Program-made: the position numbers and the translations under genes
Shown: positions 48,141 through 55,877 of the stretch, in pieces
How the letters are laid out: each line of letters starts with the position of its first letter
Numbering within the stretch: the stretch's first letter is position 1
Assembly (NCBI GenBank): GCA_002503055.1
Contig: DAQX01000008.1
Coordinates: 459-64,458 of the forward strand
Direction of reading: 5' to 3'
DNA: 64,000 nucleotides
Source of the DNA: Euryarchaeota archaeon UBA86
Lineage (GTDB): Archaea; Thermoplasmatota; Poseidoniia; Poseidoniales; Thalassarchaeaceae
The notes under the pieces: generated by a model
Database searches by the model: none
What the model was told of the DNA's origin: nothing
The model's input: only the letters and a program-made list of their open reading frames with translations

Positions 48141-50660
48141 TCAGTCACGACGAGTCGCGAATGCTGCACCAAGTAGTACAGTCAATGCCATCAGTGCGCC
48201 GAAGCCGGGTAGAGCTGGTGGGTTTGCTAGTGAGTCAGATGAATACTCGGATGCCCAAGTGTCATACATTTCCATTCTAGTTTGGCCATCCCATCCTTCG
48301 AGAGTTAGCATATCGCCCGGCGAAACTAATCCATCGCCGTCAAGATCGGTGTAAGTGTGAGTTACTCCATTAGCTTCTCCTCCAGCTAGTGGGATGCTGA
48401 ATTCAACTGTACATTCATTCAGATCTGGTTCAACCATCTCGCCCGTTTCTTCGTCGTATTCCTCATGACAGTCGCTAAGGAAGCGAGTCTCGAAGTCGGA
48501 AATTGGTGCGTTAAGAGTCTGGTTCTTGGCAATATATCCAATGAGTATCGCAGGCATTTCTTGCTGATTATCATCGTCCCCATCGTCAAACTCGTCAGAG
48601 CCGTCCTCGCAGTCCTCCTCTCCATCATTGACCCAGTCCATCGGGATCTCGTCGCCGTTGTCGCATGTGAACCACTCTTCGCCATCATCATCGTCAGCAC
48701 AGCAATCATTCCAGGCGTCTTGGAACTCGTCCCAATCCAATCCCCCGCTATCATCGTAATCGTACATACCAATGAAGACAGAGAGGCCTTCGAAGTCTTC
48801 TTCTGACATCTCTTCGCCAGTTGAATTGACAAAAGCGGCCCACTCAGAGGGTGTGACATGTTCGTCCATGTCTTCAAGCCAGCCGTCGATGAGATGGAAT
48901 GCACACTCTGCATCACATTCGCCACCGCCATCAGGCAACATGTCCACAATGCCATCGATGAAGCACTGCATCTCGTCGATGTCGATTAGGTCGCTTCCAT
49001 CGTAGTCGCAATCATCGAACAGGATTGAGACCTCGTCGTAATCCAGTTCGGGGTTTGTTGGATCGGAATCCCAGGAATCCTGGAACTCTTGGAAACTCAT
49101 GTATCCATCGTCATTCGCATCTACAGATTCCATAGCCTCTTCTGGAGTTGGGGCGCCATCGCCATCATCGTCTGAACCTGACCACTCGTCCCAGTCCGCA
49201 GAGTGCTCGAATTCCTCGCTCTGTCCGAAGTCGTCAGTGCAGTGCCAGTCTGAGTCATGGTGCTCGCAGTAATACCACCATGTGCCCCAGTACTCATCGT
49301 CCTGAGATTCCTTACACCACCAAACAGTATCATCACCATCTGGGTTGCCTTCCCATTCGCAGTAGCCGTCATAATAGTCCGCCCAACCAATATCATCGCC
49401 GCCATCGTCGTCATCATCGAACATCTCAGAATCTACCCACATGAATGTGGTGCATTCCTCCTCGGACATTCCCTCTATCTGAGCATGGGTGTGAGTATTG
49501 TAGCAACCTGTGAATGGCTCCCCATTAGGGTCATGCTGAGATGTGTAGTTCTCTAGATACATCCACGAGTAGCAAGTGTCCTGGTCCGCATCTGTGATGT
49601 AATCTCCGTAGGAATTCCAGCAGACCATCTCTGGTTCTGGTTCATCGGAGCCGTCGCCGCAGTCGTCCCATCCATCGTCAACATAGTCCATCGGGATCTC
49701 ATTGCCGTTGTCGCAGTAGAATGTATCATCTTCGTCGGCGTCATCATCACCCCATGATTCGATATCGACCCAGACAGGTATAGATGTCTTTGGCAGAGTC
49801 TCATCGACCTCTATGACTACAGCATCTCCCCACATCATCTGGTACTCGATGTTCGTAGTTGCAGAGCCATTGTCGCTGGCCATATTGAAGGACATCAAGT
49901 CCTCATTCTGATTAATGTGAATGGTCATAGTGATTTCAGCGCCATCTTCGGTATACTCCATTGTCATAGTCTGAGATTCCATATCGTCGCTCATAGTGAT
50001 TGTAATTACTGCGTCTTCTGGGATTTCATCCACATCTGAATCTGGCGTTTCGACTAGCATCCCTTCGTCCCCTTCTTCGCCAGAGAAAAGACCGACCTGA
50101 TCTGCGAGTACTTCCAAAACATTGGGGGTTGCGTCTCGGGTCTGGTAAGATTCGGATTCGCCTCCTTCTGCTATCATTCCGCCTGCTGTGTAATGGATAT
50201 TGACCACCTCTCCAATCTGAGCATGGGTGTATGACATGGTCATCAAAGGCGCTATCGAGATGAAGTTATGCACATGCACAGCATCATTATCGAGATCGGC
50301 CATTACTGTCTCGATAATCATGACATCCATCTGCATACCCAATTCATCATTCCATTCGTTCACATTCATCGACTGAGAATATCCAGCCTTGGGAGTGTCC
50401 TCTAGCATCTCTTCGATAGTTCTGACATCGGACATGGCATCCATGAAAGTATCCATGGTGGCCATATAGATGCAGTCGCCGACCAACTCAGAGGTAGCAT
50501 TCTCTTCGTAGTTGGCAGCATTCTCATCCATACATCCGATGATGTCGTCGACTAGTTCCTCCAGATCGTCACCAGAAAGGCAACCAGCAAGAGGTGCGGC
50601 AATCAAAATTAAGCATGCAAACAAAGCATGTGCTCGTGTCATTGCACCGGGCGTCTTCAC
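48141..50660 (-). CDS. Extremely acidic secreted lipoprotein with LDL-receptor-class-A-like repeats, EF-hand-like loops and PGF-CTERM archaeal sorting signal
   Basis: Signal peptide plus lipobox LAGC. Two repeats: F(Y/T)CDNG(N/D)EIPMD(Y/W)V(D/N)DG..DC.DGSDE. Calcium-loop-like DANDDGYMSFQE, DYDDSGGLDWDE and DLDGDGLVSPGD. C-terminal PALPGFGALMALTVLLGAAFATRRD. Confidence 0.8.
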   Translation of the reverse strand: MKTPGAMTRAHALFACLILIAAPLAGCLSGDDLEELVDDIIGCMDENAANYEENATSELVGDCIYMATMDTFMDAMSDVRTIEEMLEDTPKAGYSQSMNVNEWNDELGMQMDVMIIETVMADLDNDAVHVHNFISIAPLMTMSYTHAQIGEVVNIHYTAGGMIAEGGESESYQTRDATPNVLEVLADQVGLFSGEEGDEGMLVETPDSDVDEIPEDAVITITMSDDMESQTMTMEYTEDGAEITMTIHINQNEDLMSFNMASDNGSATTNIEYQMMWGDAVVIEVDETLPKTSIPVWVDIESWGDDDADEDDTFYCDNGNEIPMDYVDDGWDDCGDGSDEPEPEMVCWNSYGDYITDADQDTCYSWMYLENYTSQHDPNGEPFTGCYNTHTHAQIEGMSEEECTTFMWVDSEMFDDDDDGGDDIGWADYYDGYCEWEGNPDGDDTVWWCKESQDDEYWGTWWYYCEHHDSDWHCTDDFGQSEEFEHSADWDEWSGSDDDGDGAPTPEEAMESVDANDDGYMSFQEFQDSWDSDPTNPELDYDEVSILFDDCDYDGSDLIDIDEMQCFIDGIVDMLPDGGGECDAECAFHLIDGWLEDMDEHVTPSEWAAFVNSTGEEMSEEDFEGLSVFIGMYDYDDSGGLDWDEFQDAWNDCCADDDDGEEWFTCDNGDEIPMDWVNDGEEDCEDGSDEFDDGDDDNQQEMPAILIGYIAKNQTLNAPISDFETRFLSDCHEEYDEETGEMVEPDLNECTVEFSIPLAGGEANGVTHTYTDLDGDGLVSPGDMLTLEGWDGQTRMEMYDTWASEYSSDSLANPPALPGFGALMALTVLLGAAFATRRD

Positions 50661-50756
50661 ATCCGTTATGAACTATAGGGCTGCAATAGTCTGGAAAAAT
50701 GATGCAGCGAGCAAGAGGTGGGCTCTTTAGTGAGGCCACAGGCTATGGATGAATAG

Positions 50757-50841
50757 TGGTGCAGGGAGTAGGATTCGAACCTACGAAGCACTACGCACTG
50801 GGACCTAAACCCAGCCCCTTTGACCACTCGGGTACCCCTGC
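50757..50841 (-). tRNA. tRNA-Leu (anticodon UAG), class II with long variable arm, CCA encoded
   Basis: Hand folding of the reverse complement GCAGGGGTACCCGAGTGGTCAAAGGGGCTGGGTTTAGGTCCCAGTGCGTAGTGCTTCGTAGGTTCGAATCCTACTCCCTGCACCA. Acceptor stem is 7 bp (one G-U). Anticodon stem CTGGG/CCCAG with loop TTTAGGT. T arm GTAGG-TTCGAAT-CCTAC. Variable region is 13 nt. Confidence 0.93.
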
Positions 50842-50934
50842 TCTTTACCGCGCGGGGGATTTTACATCAATAAGGCAACGCCTCAGTTGGTCAACCCCCA
50901 TAGGGTCATAACGGGCAGGTTGGGCCCCTTGTAT

Positions 50935-51942
50935 ATGGCACGGATTGGAGTGGTTGGACTTGGCAACTGGGGCACAGCGCTCGGATACGCCTGGTGCGAA
51001 GATGGACACAATGTGCTTGGCTGGACAGTTGAGCAGGAAGTCTACGAGACGATGATGACCAATGGTGAGAACAGCAAGTATCTACCGGGCTATCCTATTC
51101 CAAAGATGCAGGCCACTATGGAGCTTTCCGATATTACATCAGGGTGCGAAATAATCGTACTCGCATTACCAAGTGGAGTTATTCTTTCAGTAGTAGACGA
51201 TTTGATTCCTCACCTCAGACCTTCTCATGTCCTAGTCGATCTAGCCAAAGGACTAGCTCCTTCTGAGGAAGGCGGTTCGGGGATGATTTCAGATGCTATC
51301 GAGAGGCGTCTGCAGGATGCTGGAAAGTCCAATCCTGTTGTTGTGATGACTGGGCCAACAATTGCACCTGAGGTCGCCAGGGGCGTGATGACCACTGCTC
51401 TGGTAGCATGTCATGACCGCAGTGTGGCAGACAGGATTGCAGAGCGTCTGTCGACTGGAAATTTGATTCTCAAGGCTGCTGATGACCCAATTGGCGCAGA
51501 ACTTTGGGGCGCGTTCAAGAACACGGTAGCGCTTGCATGTGGACTTGTCGATGGCCTGCACCCTGAAGGCGGCGATAACCTCAAGGCCGCTCTTGTTCTA
51601 TCTGGATTTAGCGAGGGAATCATGCTGCTGGAAGCGATGGGTGCAGAGTCCGGTACTGCATTCGGCCCTGCTGGAATCGGTGACTTGTATGTGACTTCGA
51701 CCAGTCCGCGTAGTAGGAACCGGACTCTAGGCGAGAAGTTGGGTTCCGGGCTCTCTCTGGAACAGTCTCAAGGAGAGATGCACATGGTAGCCGAGGGAGT
51801 TCGGGCATGTAGGATGTTCAACAATAGGGCGCGTAGGATGGGGCTTCAAGTTCCATTTATCTCAGCCTTAGAAGGACTACTGGATGGCGAATTAGCTGTG
51901 GAAGAGGCTGTCCGCGCTATGGTCGACTCATATCAAGGCTGA
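50935..51942 (+). CDS. gpsA: NAD(P)H-dependent sn-glycerol-3-phosphate dehydrogenase
   Basis: MARIGVVGLGNWGTALG Rossmann start, GPTIAPEVARG, WGAFKNTVALACG, GDLYVTSTSPRSRNRTLG and GEMHMVAEG motifs. The ORF-track start at 50887 is an upstream extension. Confidence 0.85.
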   Translation: MARIGVVGLGNWGTALGYAWCEDGHNVLGWTVEQEVYETMMTNGENSKYLPGYPIPKMQATMELSDITSGCEIIVLALPSGVILSVVDDLIPHLRPSHVLVDLAKGLAPSEEGGSGMISDAIERRLQDAGKSNPVVVMTGPTIAPEVARGVMTTALVACHDRSVADRIAERLSTGNLILKAADDPIGAELWGAFKNTVALACGLVDGLHPEGGDNLKAALVLSGFSEGIMLLEAMGAESGTAFGPAGIGDLYVTSTSPRSRNRTLGEKLGSGLSLEQSQGEMHMVAEGVRACRMFNNRARRMGLQVPFISALEGLLDGELAVEEAVRAMVDSYQG

Positions 51943-51944
51943 TT

Positions 51945-52223
51945 TTGGCAAGGATTGATTGCCTCTTTACAATCTCAGGAGTTGAGCAAATGGCGTTTGA
52001 GGACCTCACCGAGTTCGAATTACGACTGCTGAAGTGGATTTCAGCATCCGACTTTGTCGGGGTTGCTTGGTCCACAAAGCGTGCAGCTGATGCGTTCAAG
52101 GTTGATGAAAAGGAGGTCTACGAGGCACTAGCATCCTTGACTGCCAAAGTTCGAGATAACATTCACATCTACTATGACGAAGGTGCAATCAGGATTGTCG
52201 CTGACGACTCACTGCCATCTTAG
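51945..52223 (+). CDS. Small hypothetical protein
   Basis: 92-aa ORF immediately after gpsA with no motif. The internal ATG (MAFEDLTEFEL...) may be the true start. It overlaps the convergent phnE-like gene end by 15 nt. Confidence 0.3.
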   Translation: MARIDCLFTISGVEQMAFEDLTEFELRLLKWISASDFVGVAWSTKRAADAFKVDEKEVYEALASLTAKVRDNIHIYYDEGAIRIVADDSLPS

Positions 52224-53090
52224 TATATCGGGAAGAATTACTCCCCACCAAGAAGGTCTATTCACATTGTCTTCTTCATTGAAGAATGATCGTGCATATA
52301 TTGAGAGGAAATCAATCAGTAGAACGGTGATGAAGATAATTATCAAGTAAGCCATGACTTTGTCATATTGCAGGAACTTGAGATATAGATTGATGTAATA
52401 TCCAATTCCACCGGCCCCTACTATTCCGATTACTGTACCGTGCCTTACATTGTACTCAAACATGAAAATAGCCTGTGAAATCAAATGATTTGCAGACTCC
52501 GGTATCACCACTCCAAGAGATTTCTCAAATTTCGATAACCCCATTGAATTCGCCGCATCTAGAGGGGCTTTGTCCATACCCTCGATAGCCTCGTACTGCA
52601 GTTTTCCTAAGTAACCGACCGTGTAAATTGTCATGGCAAAAATTCCCGATAGAGGTCCGAGTCCAATCAGAATTACGAAGAAAATTGCCCAGATTAGGCT
52701 TGGTAGACTTCTGCCAGCGGCTAAGATGAATCTGGCCAGGTATGAGATTCTTGGAGAGTTCAGATTTCTAGCCGCTAGAAGTGCTATTGGTAGAGATATA
52801 ATCATTCCAAGAATTGTTGAGACAAATGCTATCTTTATTGTCTCAATCATTCCAATCCAAGCAGTAGAGCAAGTAAAACTGAATGGTTCTGGAGTTGTAC
52901 ACACCGGATATGCCTGTGCCTCCAGAACCGTCCAATCTGGTGGCCACAAAGATTGATGGAAGAAGTCTATGAGGTTTTGAAAACTACCTGATAATCGGCC
53001 CCAATCGTCAATCATCCCGTTTAGAACAACAAAACCCGAAATGAATAGTGCGAGTAGGGCGAAAGAGTTCTTTCCGAAACCTGTAATCAT
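52209..53090 (-). CDS. phnE: ABC transporter permease, PhnE-like (phosphonate-type importer family)
   Basis: EAIEGMDKAPLDAANSMG, FEYNVRHGTVIGIVGAGGIGYYI and a terminal D..S...R pattern typical of PhnE. ATGA overlap with the ATPase gene. Confidence 0.8.
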   Translation of the reverse strand: MITGFGKNSFALLALFISGFVVLNGMIDDWGRLSGSFQNLIDFFHQSLWPPDWTVLEAQAYPVCTTPEPFSFTCSTAWIGMIETIKIAFVSTILGMIISLPIALLAARNLNSPRISYLARFILAAGRSLPSLIWAIFFVILIGLGPLSGIFAMTIYTVGYLGKLQYEAIEGMDKAPLDAANSMGLSKFEKSLGVVIPESANHLISQAIFMFEYNVRHGTVIGIVGAGGIGYYINLYLKFLQYDKVMAYLIIIFITVLLIDFLSIYARSFFNEEDNVNRPSWWGVILPDILRWQ

Positions 53091-53815
53091 AGGTTAACCT
53101 CCAGTGCTGTAGTTTCGGAAAGGAATGGATTTACCCTTCCGTCATCAATGACTAGCATCCTATCTGCCATCGATTTAGCACGAGATACATCATGCTCCAC
53201 TACGATTAGAGCTGCTTGAGTTGAACGAACATATTCAGTAACCTCGAATAATACACTATTCAATGTCTCTTCATCTAACTCACTGAGGAATTCATCTGCC
53301 ATAATCAGCCTAGGTGATTGTGCCAGAGAACGTGCAGTTGCAACTCTTCTCTGTTGCCCACCCGAGAGTCTGCGAATTGGTTCGTCAATCTTGTCTGTAA
53401 GGCCCATTCTTTCAATCGCATCTTCGGTCCTGGACAGTGACTCTGCCGACGGAGTAATTGTATGAGGATTGGTGTGGCCGGCTCTAGCCCCCATCATCAC
53501 ATTGTGCTTCACACTAGCATGACGAACCAGTCCCAATCTCTGAGGGATGTATCCTACGGATCCACGAGGCGGAAGTTTCGGAAGTATTGAATTGCAAACT
53601 TCCAATGTTCCTGTAATTGGACTTACTAATCCGGCAATTGTACGGAGAAGTGTTGTCTTGCCGACCCCTGAAGCTCCGGTGATAGCAACGATTTCTCCAG
53701 GGTATATTTTCAAATCTGGAACCTGTACTAGAGGATTTTTTGAATCAAATCCGATGGTCAAACCGCTCAATGAGACGATTGGTTTCGAATTCTGATTTTC
53801 ATTATTTCCTGTCAT
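53087..53815 (-). CDS. phnC: ABC transporter ATP-binding protein, PhnC-like
   Basis: Walker A GASGVGKTT, Q-loop GYIPQRLGL, signature LSGGQQRRVATARSL, Walker B LIMADEF. The PhnC assignment comes from translational coupling to the PhnE-like permease. ATG 53815 is preferred over TTG 53818. Confidence 0.8.
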   Translation of the reverse strand: MTGNNENQNSKPIVSLSGLTIGFDSKNPLVQVPDLKIYPGEIVAITGASGVGKTTLLRTIAGLVSPITGTLEVCNSILPKLPPRGSVGYIPQRLGLVRHASVKHNVMMGARAGHTNPHTITPSAESLSRTEDAIERMGLTDKIDEPIRRLSGGQQRRVATARSLAQSPRLIMADEFLSELDEETLNSVLFEVTEYVRSTQAALIVVEHDVSRAKSMADRMLVIDDGRVNPFLSETTALEVNL

Positions 53816-53966
53816 CAAATCGCCTTCCTTTATTCGTTGGATGCTTGATAATGTTAGACATAAATGAAATTCTGCTCATCTGCGATGCAAGATGGAATGG
53901 GTTTGCCCTTGCCGCGGATTGCACAGCAATCCGTGGACGACCAACATTTGAATGATTGTGTTAGAG

Positions 53967-53989
53967 AATTTTTCCCTTAGGGAAAAATT
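53967..53989. other. 23-nt perfect palindrome AATTTTTCCCT-T-AGGGAAAAATT in the 256-nt spacer between the lipoprotein gene and phnC
   Basis: Read directly from the sequence. The arms of 11 nt are exact reverse complements. It could be a terminator/attenuator hairpin or a protein-binding site. Confidence 0.45.
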
Positions 53990-54074
53990 GGGTTGACGGG
54001 GAGAAATCCAATTCTGAATTTCATAATTGTATGGGGTGTAACCTAAGATCTCCCCGCCAACTTTTCTATGATGC

Positions 54075-55334
54075 TTATTGGAGTGTGCCAATGTCATCAG
54101 CAGTGATGCCGAAAGCATCCCATGCAGGTTGTAAGTACATGCGAACATGTGCCTCGTAATCTGCTGTTGTGTCGCCATCATTGCTTAGATCGAATATGTC
54201 CACAATCTGAGCTGCTCCGTAGTCTGCGTAGTAGCCTGGCATTCCGCTTCCGGGGAACACAGAGGCGAATCCATTGCAGATTTCCTCGGTTGTTGCTGCT
54301 GCATATACGATGTGTCCTGCTCCCATGTTATAGCAGACCATCTCACCAGAACTTGGAGATTCGACCCAAGAGAATCCATCACAGTGTGCTGCTTCGCCTG
54401 CACCAATGTATGCCATTCCGTGAGTCTGGTTGTTGTAGCATGCATCTGTGTAGTCGGCCACATAAGCCTCGATTACTCTGAAGAATGCATGACCCTCGGC
54501 TTGGTGCTTATCGTAGTCGCCGTTTGCCTCGTCGAGATCAACAGTCATCTTTGATGCATACCTTACGGAAGCCTGTGAATAGACGATGACAATTTGCTTG
54601 AGAACCGCATCTCGAGCGTCAATCACGCCCTGCATGTCTTCATTCTCTAGTGCGGTTAGTCCGGCGTTCATTGCCGCGAGTGTGGCTACATTGGTTGCGT
54701 CGCCTGTTCCGAAGTTACCTCCTCTCTTAGCTGCAGTTGCGAAAGGTCCGCATCCGTCGTAGTCGTGGTCAGAATCATCAGGACCGTGATAGAATGCCCA
54801 TCCTTCGTCCCAAGCGTGCTGTGCATCGTCAGGGCCCCAGTTTCCTGCCTCGGCCTTGATTATGGCAGCATTGAGCTCGTGGATTGCATATGCGGTCATT
54901 ACACCGTTCTGAATTCCCTTCTCAACAGCTTGGTCTCTTACTGTGTCAGACTCGCCTGCGAATGCACCGGTGCCATCGATTGCCGCAGATACGAAGGAGT
55001 CCCATGATCCATCAACGCCATAATATGCGTCGTAGGCATGGTTCTTGCCAGAAGCGGATGCAAAGCCTTCCAAAGTCCTGAAGGATCCGTCGGACTTCTC
55101 AGCGTACTTTCCGTCCCCATAGATATCCGAAACTTCGTCCCAATCGTATGCTCCAGATAGATCCTTGATGTCACAAACATCACCCATCAGCATGCGATGG
55201 TTATCGACATTGGATGCGTACTCGTAGCCACCATCTTCGCCATCTAGTTCAATTTCATCATCACTTGTGCAACCTGCCAAAACAGATGCACAGAGAAGCA
55301 GTGTAATCAACATTGTAATTGTCTTTTTAGTCAT
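54075..55334 (-). CDS. Secreted acidic lipoprotein of unknown family, upstream of phnC/phnE-like genes; candidate metal-responsive binding protein
   Basis: Signal peptide MTKKTITMLITLLLCASVLAGC (lipobox). Conserved-looking segments FRTLEGFASASGKNHAYDAYYG, AWDEGWAFYHG and AEGHAFFRVIEAY. Two copies of the TTTAGG-N4-CCTAAA palindrome lie upstream. Confidence 0.6.
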   Translation of the reverse strand: MTKKTITMLITLLLCASVLAGCTSDDEIELDGEDGGYEYASNVDNHRMLMGDVCDIKDLSGAYDWDEVSDIYGDGKYAEKSDGSFRTLEGFASASGKNHAYDAYYGVDGSWDSFVSAAIDGTGAFAGESDTVRDQAVEKGIQNGVMTAYAIHELNAAIIKAEAGNWGPDDAQHAWDEGWAFYHGPDDSDHDYDGCGPFATAAKRGGNFGTGDATNVATLAAMNAGLTALENEDMQGVIDARDAVLKQIVIVYSQASVRYASKMTVDLDEANGDYDKHQAEGHAFFRVIEAYVADYTDACYNNQTHGMAYIGAGEAAHCDGFSWVESPSSGEMVCYNMGAGHIVYAAATTEEICNGFASVFPGSGMPGYYADYGAAQIVDIFDLSNDGDTTADYEAHVRMYLQPAWDAFGITADDIGTLQ

Positions 55335-55335
55335 T

Positions 55336-55351
55336 TTTAGGTCTCCCTAAA
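55336..55351. promoter_or_regulatory. Palindromic operator-like site TTTAGGTCTCCCTAAA (copy 1 of 4)
   Basis: TTTAGG-N4-CCTAAA inverted repeat, 2 nt upstream of the ATG of the 54075..55334 lipoprotein gene. Confidence 0.45.
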
Positions 55352-55379
55352 CCTTCGGACAGATATTCTATTTATCAAG

Positions 55380-55395
55380 TTTAGGTGGCCCTAAA
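55380..55395. promoter_or_regulatory. Palindromic operator-like site TTTAGGTGGCCCTAAA (copy 2 of 4)
   Basis: Same inverted repeat in the divergent intergenic region, 46 nt from the lipoprotein ATG and 75 nt from the DUF454 ATG. It is followed by ACTGTAAAAAAAAA, similar to the flank of copy 4. Confidence 0.5.
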
Positions 55396-55469
55396 CTGTA
55401 AAAAAAAATCTCTTTTTTACGAATAGGTCAGTTACATTAGATTATATTTGAAAGTACATCTCCATTGGC

Positions 55470-55877
55470 ATGAACGGTGTTCATGAAGCTAAACTCAGCG
55501 AGAATAAACTGAGTAGAGTATTTTGGTTTTCTTTAGGAGTAATATTCACGGGTATTGGACTGATAGGGATTGTAGTTCCGGGTTTACCAACGACTCCCTT
55601 GATGATTCTAGCTGCTGCGTGTTTTGCAAAGTCCAGTCAGAGATTCTATGATTGGATTATCAATAACAGAATGTTTGGAGAACATGTGAAGAATTACCGA
55701 GAAGGTAATGGAATTCCTAAGAGAAGTAAGCCGGTAATTTTGGGAACAATGTGGACATTTGTGTTGTTTGCTGTTTTCATTGCAATCCCAGACAGTGCTC
55801 CCGAAATTTCGCGAAACGCAACAGTGATTTTGGCCGTGATTGGGACCATTTTTATCCTTAGAATTCCTAATTTCTAG
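55470..55877 (+). CDS. DUF454 (YbaN-like) inner-membrane protein
   Basis: IGIVVPGLPTTPLMILAAACFAKSSQRFYDWIINNRMFGEHVKNYREG matches the YbaN/DUF454 N-terminal signature. 135 aa. Confidence 0.75.
   Translation: MNGVHEAKLSENKLSRVFWFSLGVIFTGIGLIGIVVPGLPTTPLMILAAACFAKSSQRFYDWIINNRMFGEHVKNYREGNGIPKRSKPVILGTMWTFVLFAVFIAIPDSAPEISRNATVILAVIGTIFILRIPNF

Noticed and set aside
48419-49804. Several 80-180-aa ORFs in both orientations inside the acidic PGF-CTERM protein gene (for example 48419..48955, 48465..48806, 49121..49417, 49553..49804)
   Set aside because: They are by-products of GAT/GAC/GAA-rich repetitive coding sequence. Only the 839-aa frame has a signal peptide, repeats and a sorting signal.
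55396-55420. A/T runs following operator copies 2 and 4 (also 61662..61675), considered as independent terminators or a longer conserved motif
   Set aside because: At 61662-61675 the run is the coding end (FFL-stop) of the GDPD gene. Two occurrences are too few to claim an extended motif, so this is only noted in the feature evidence.
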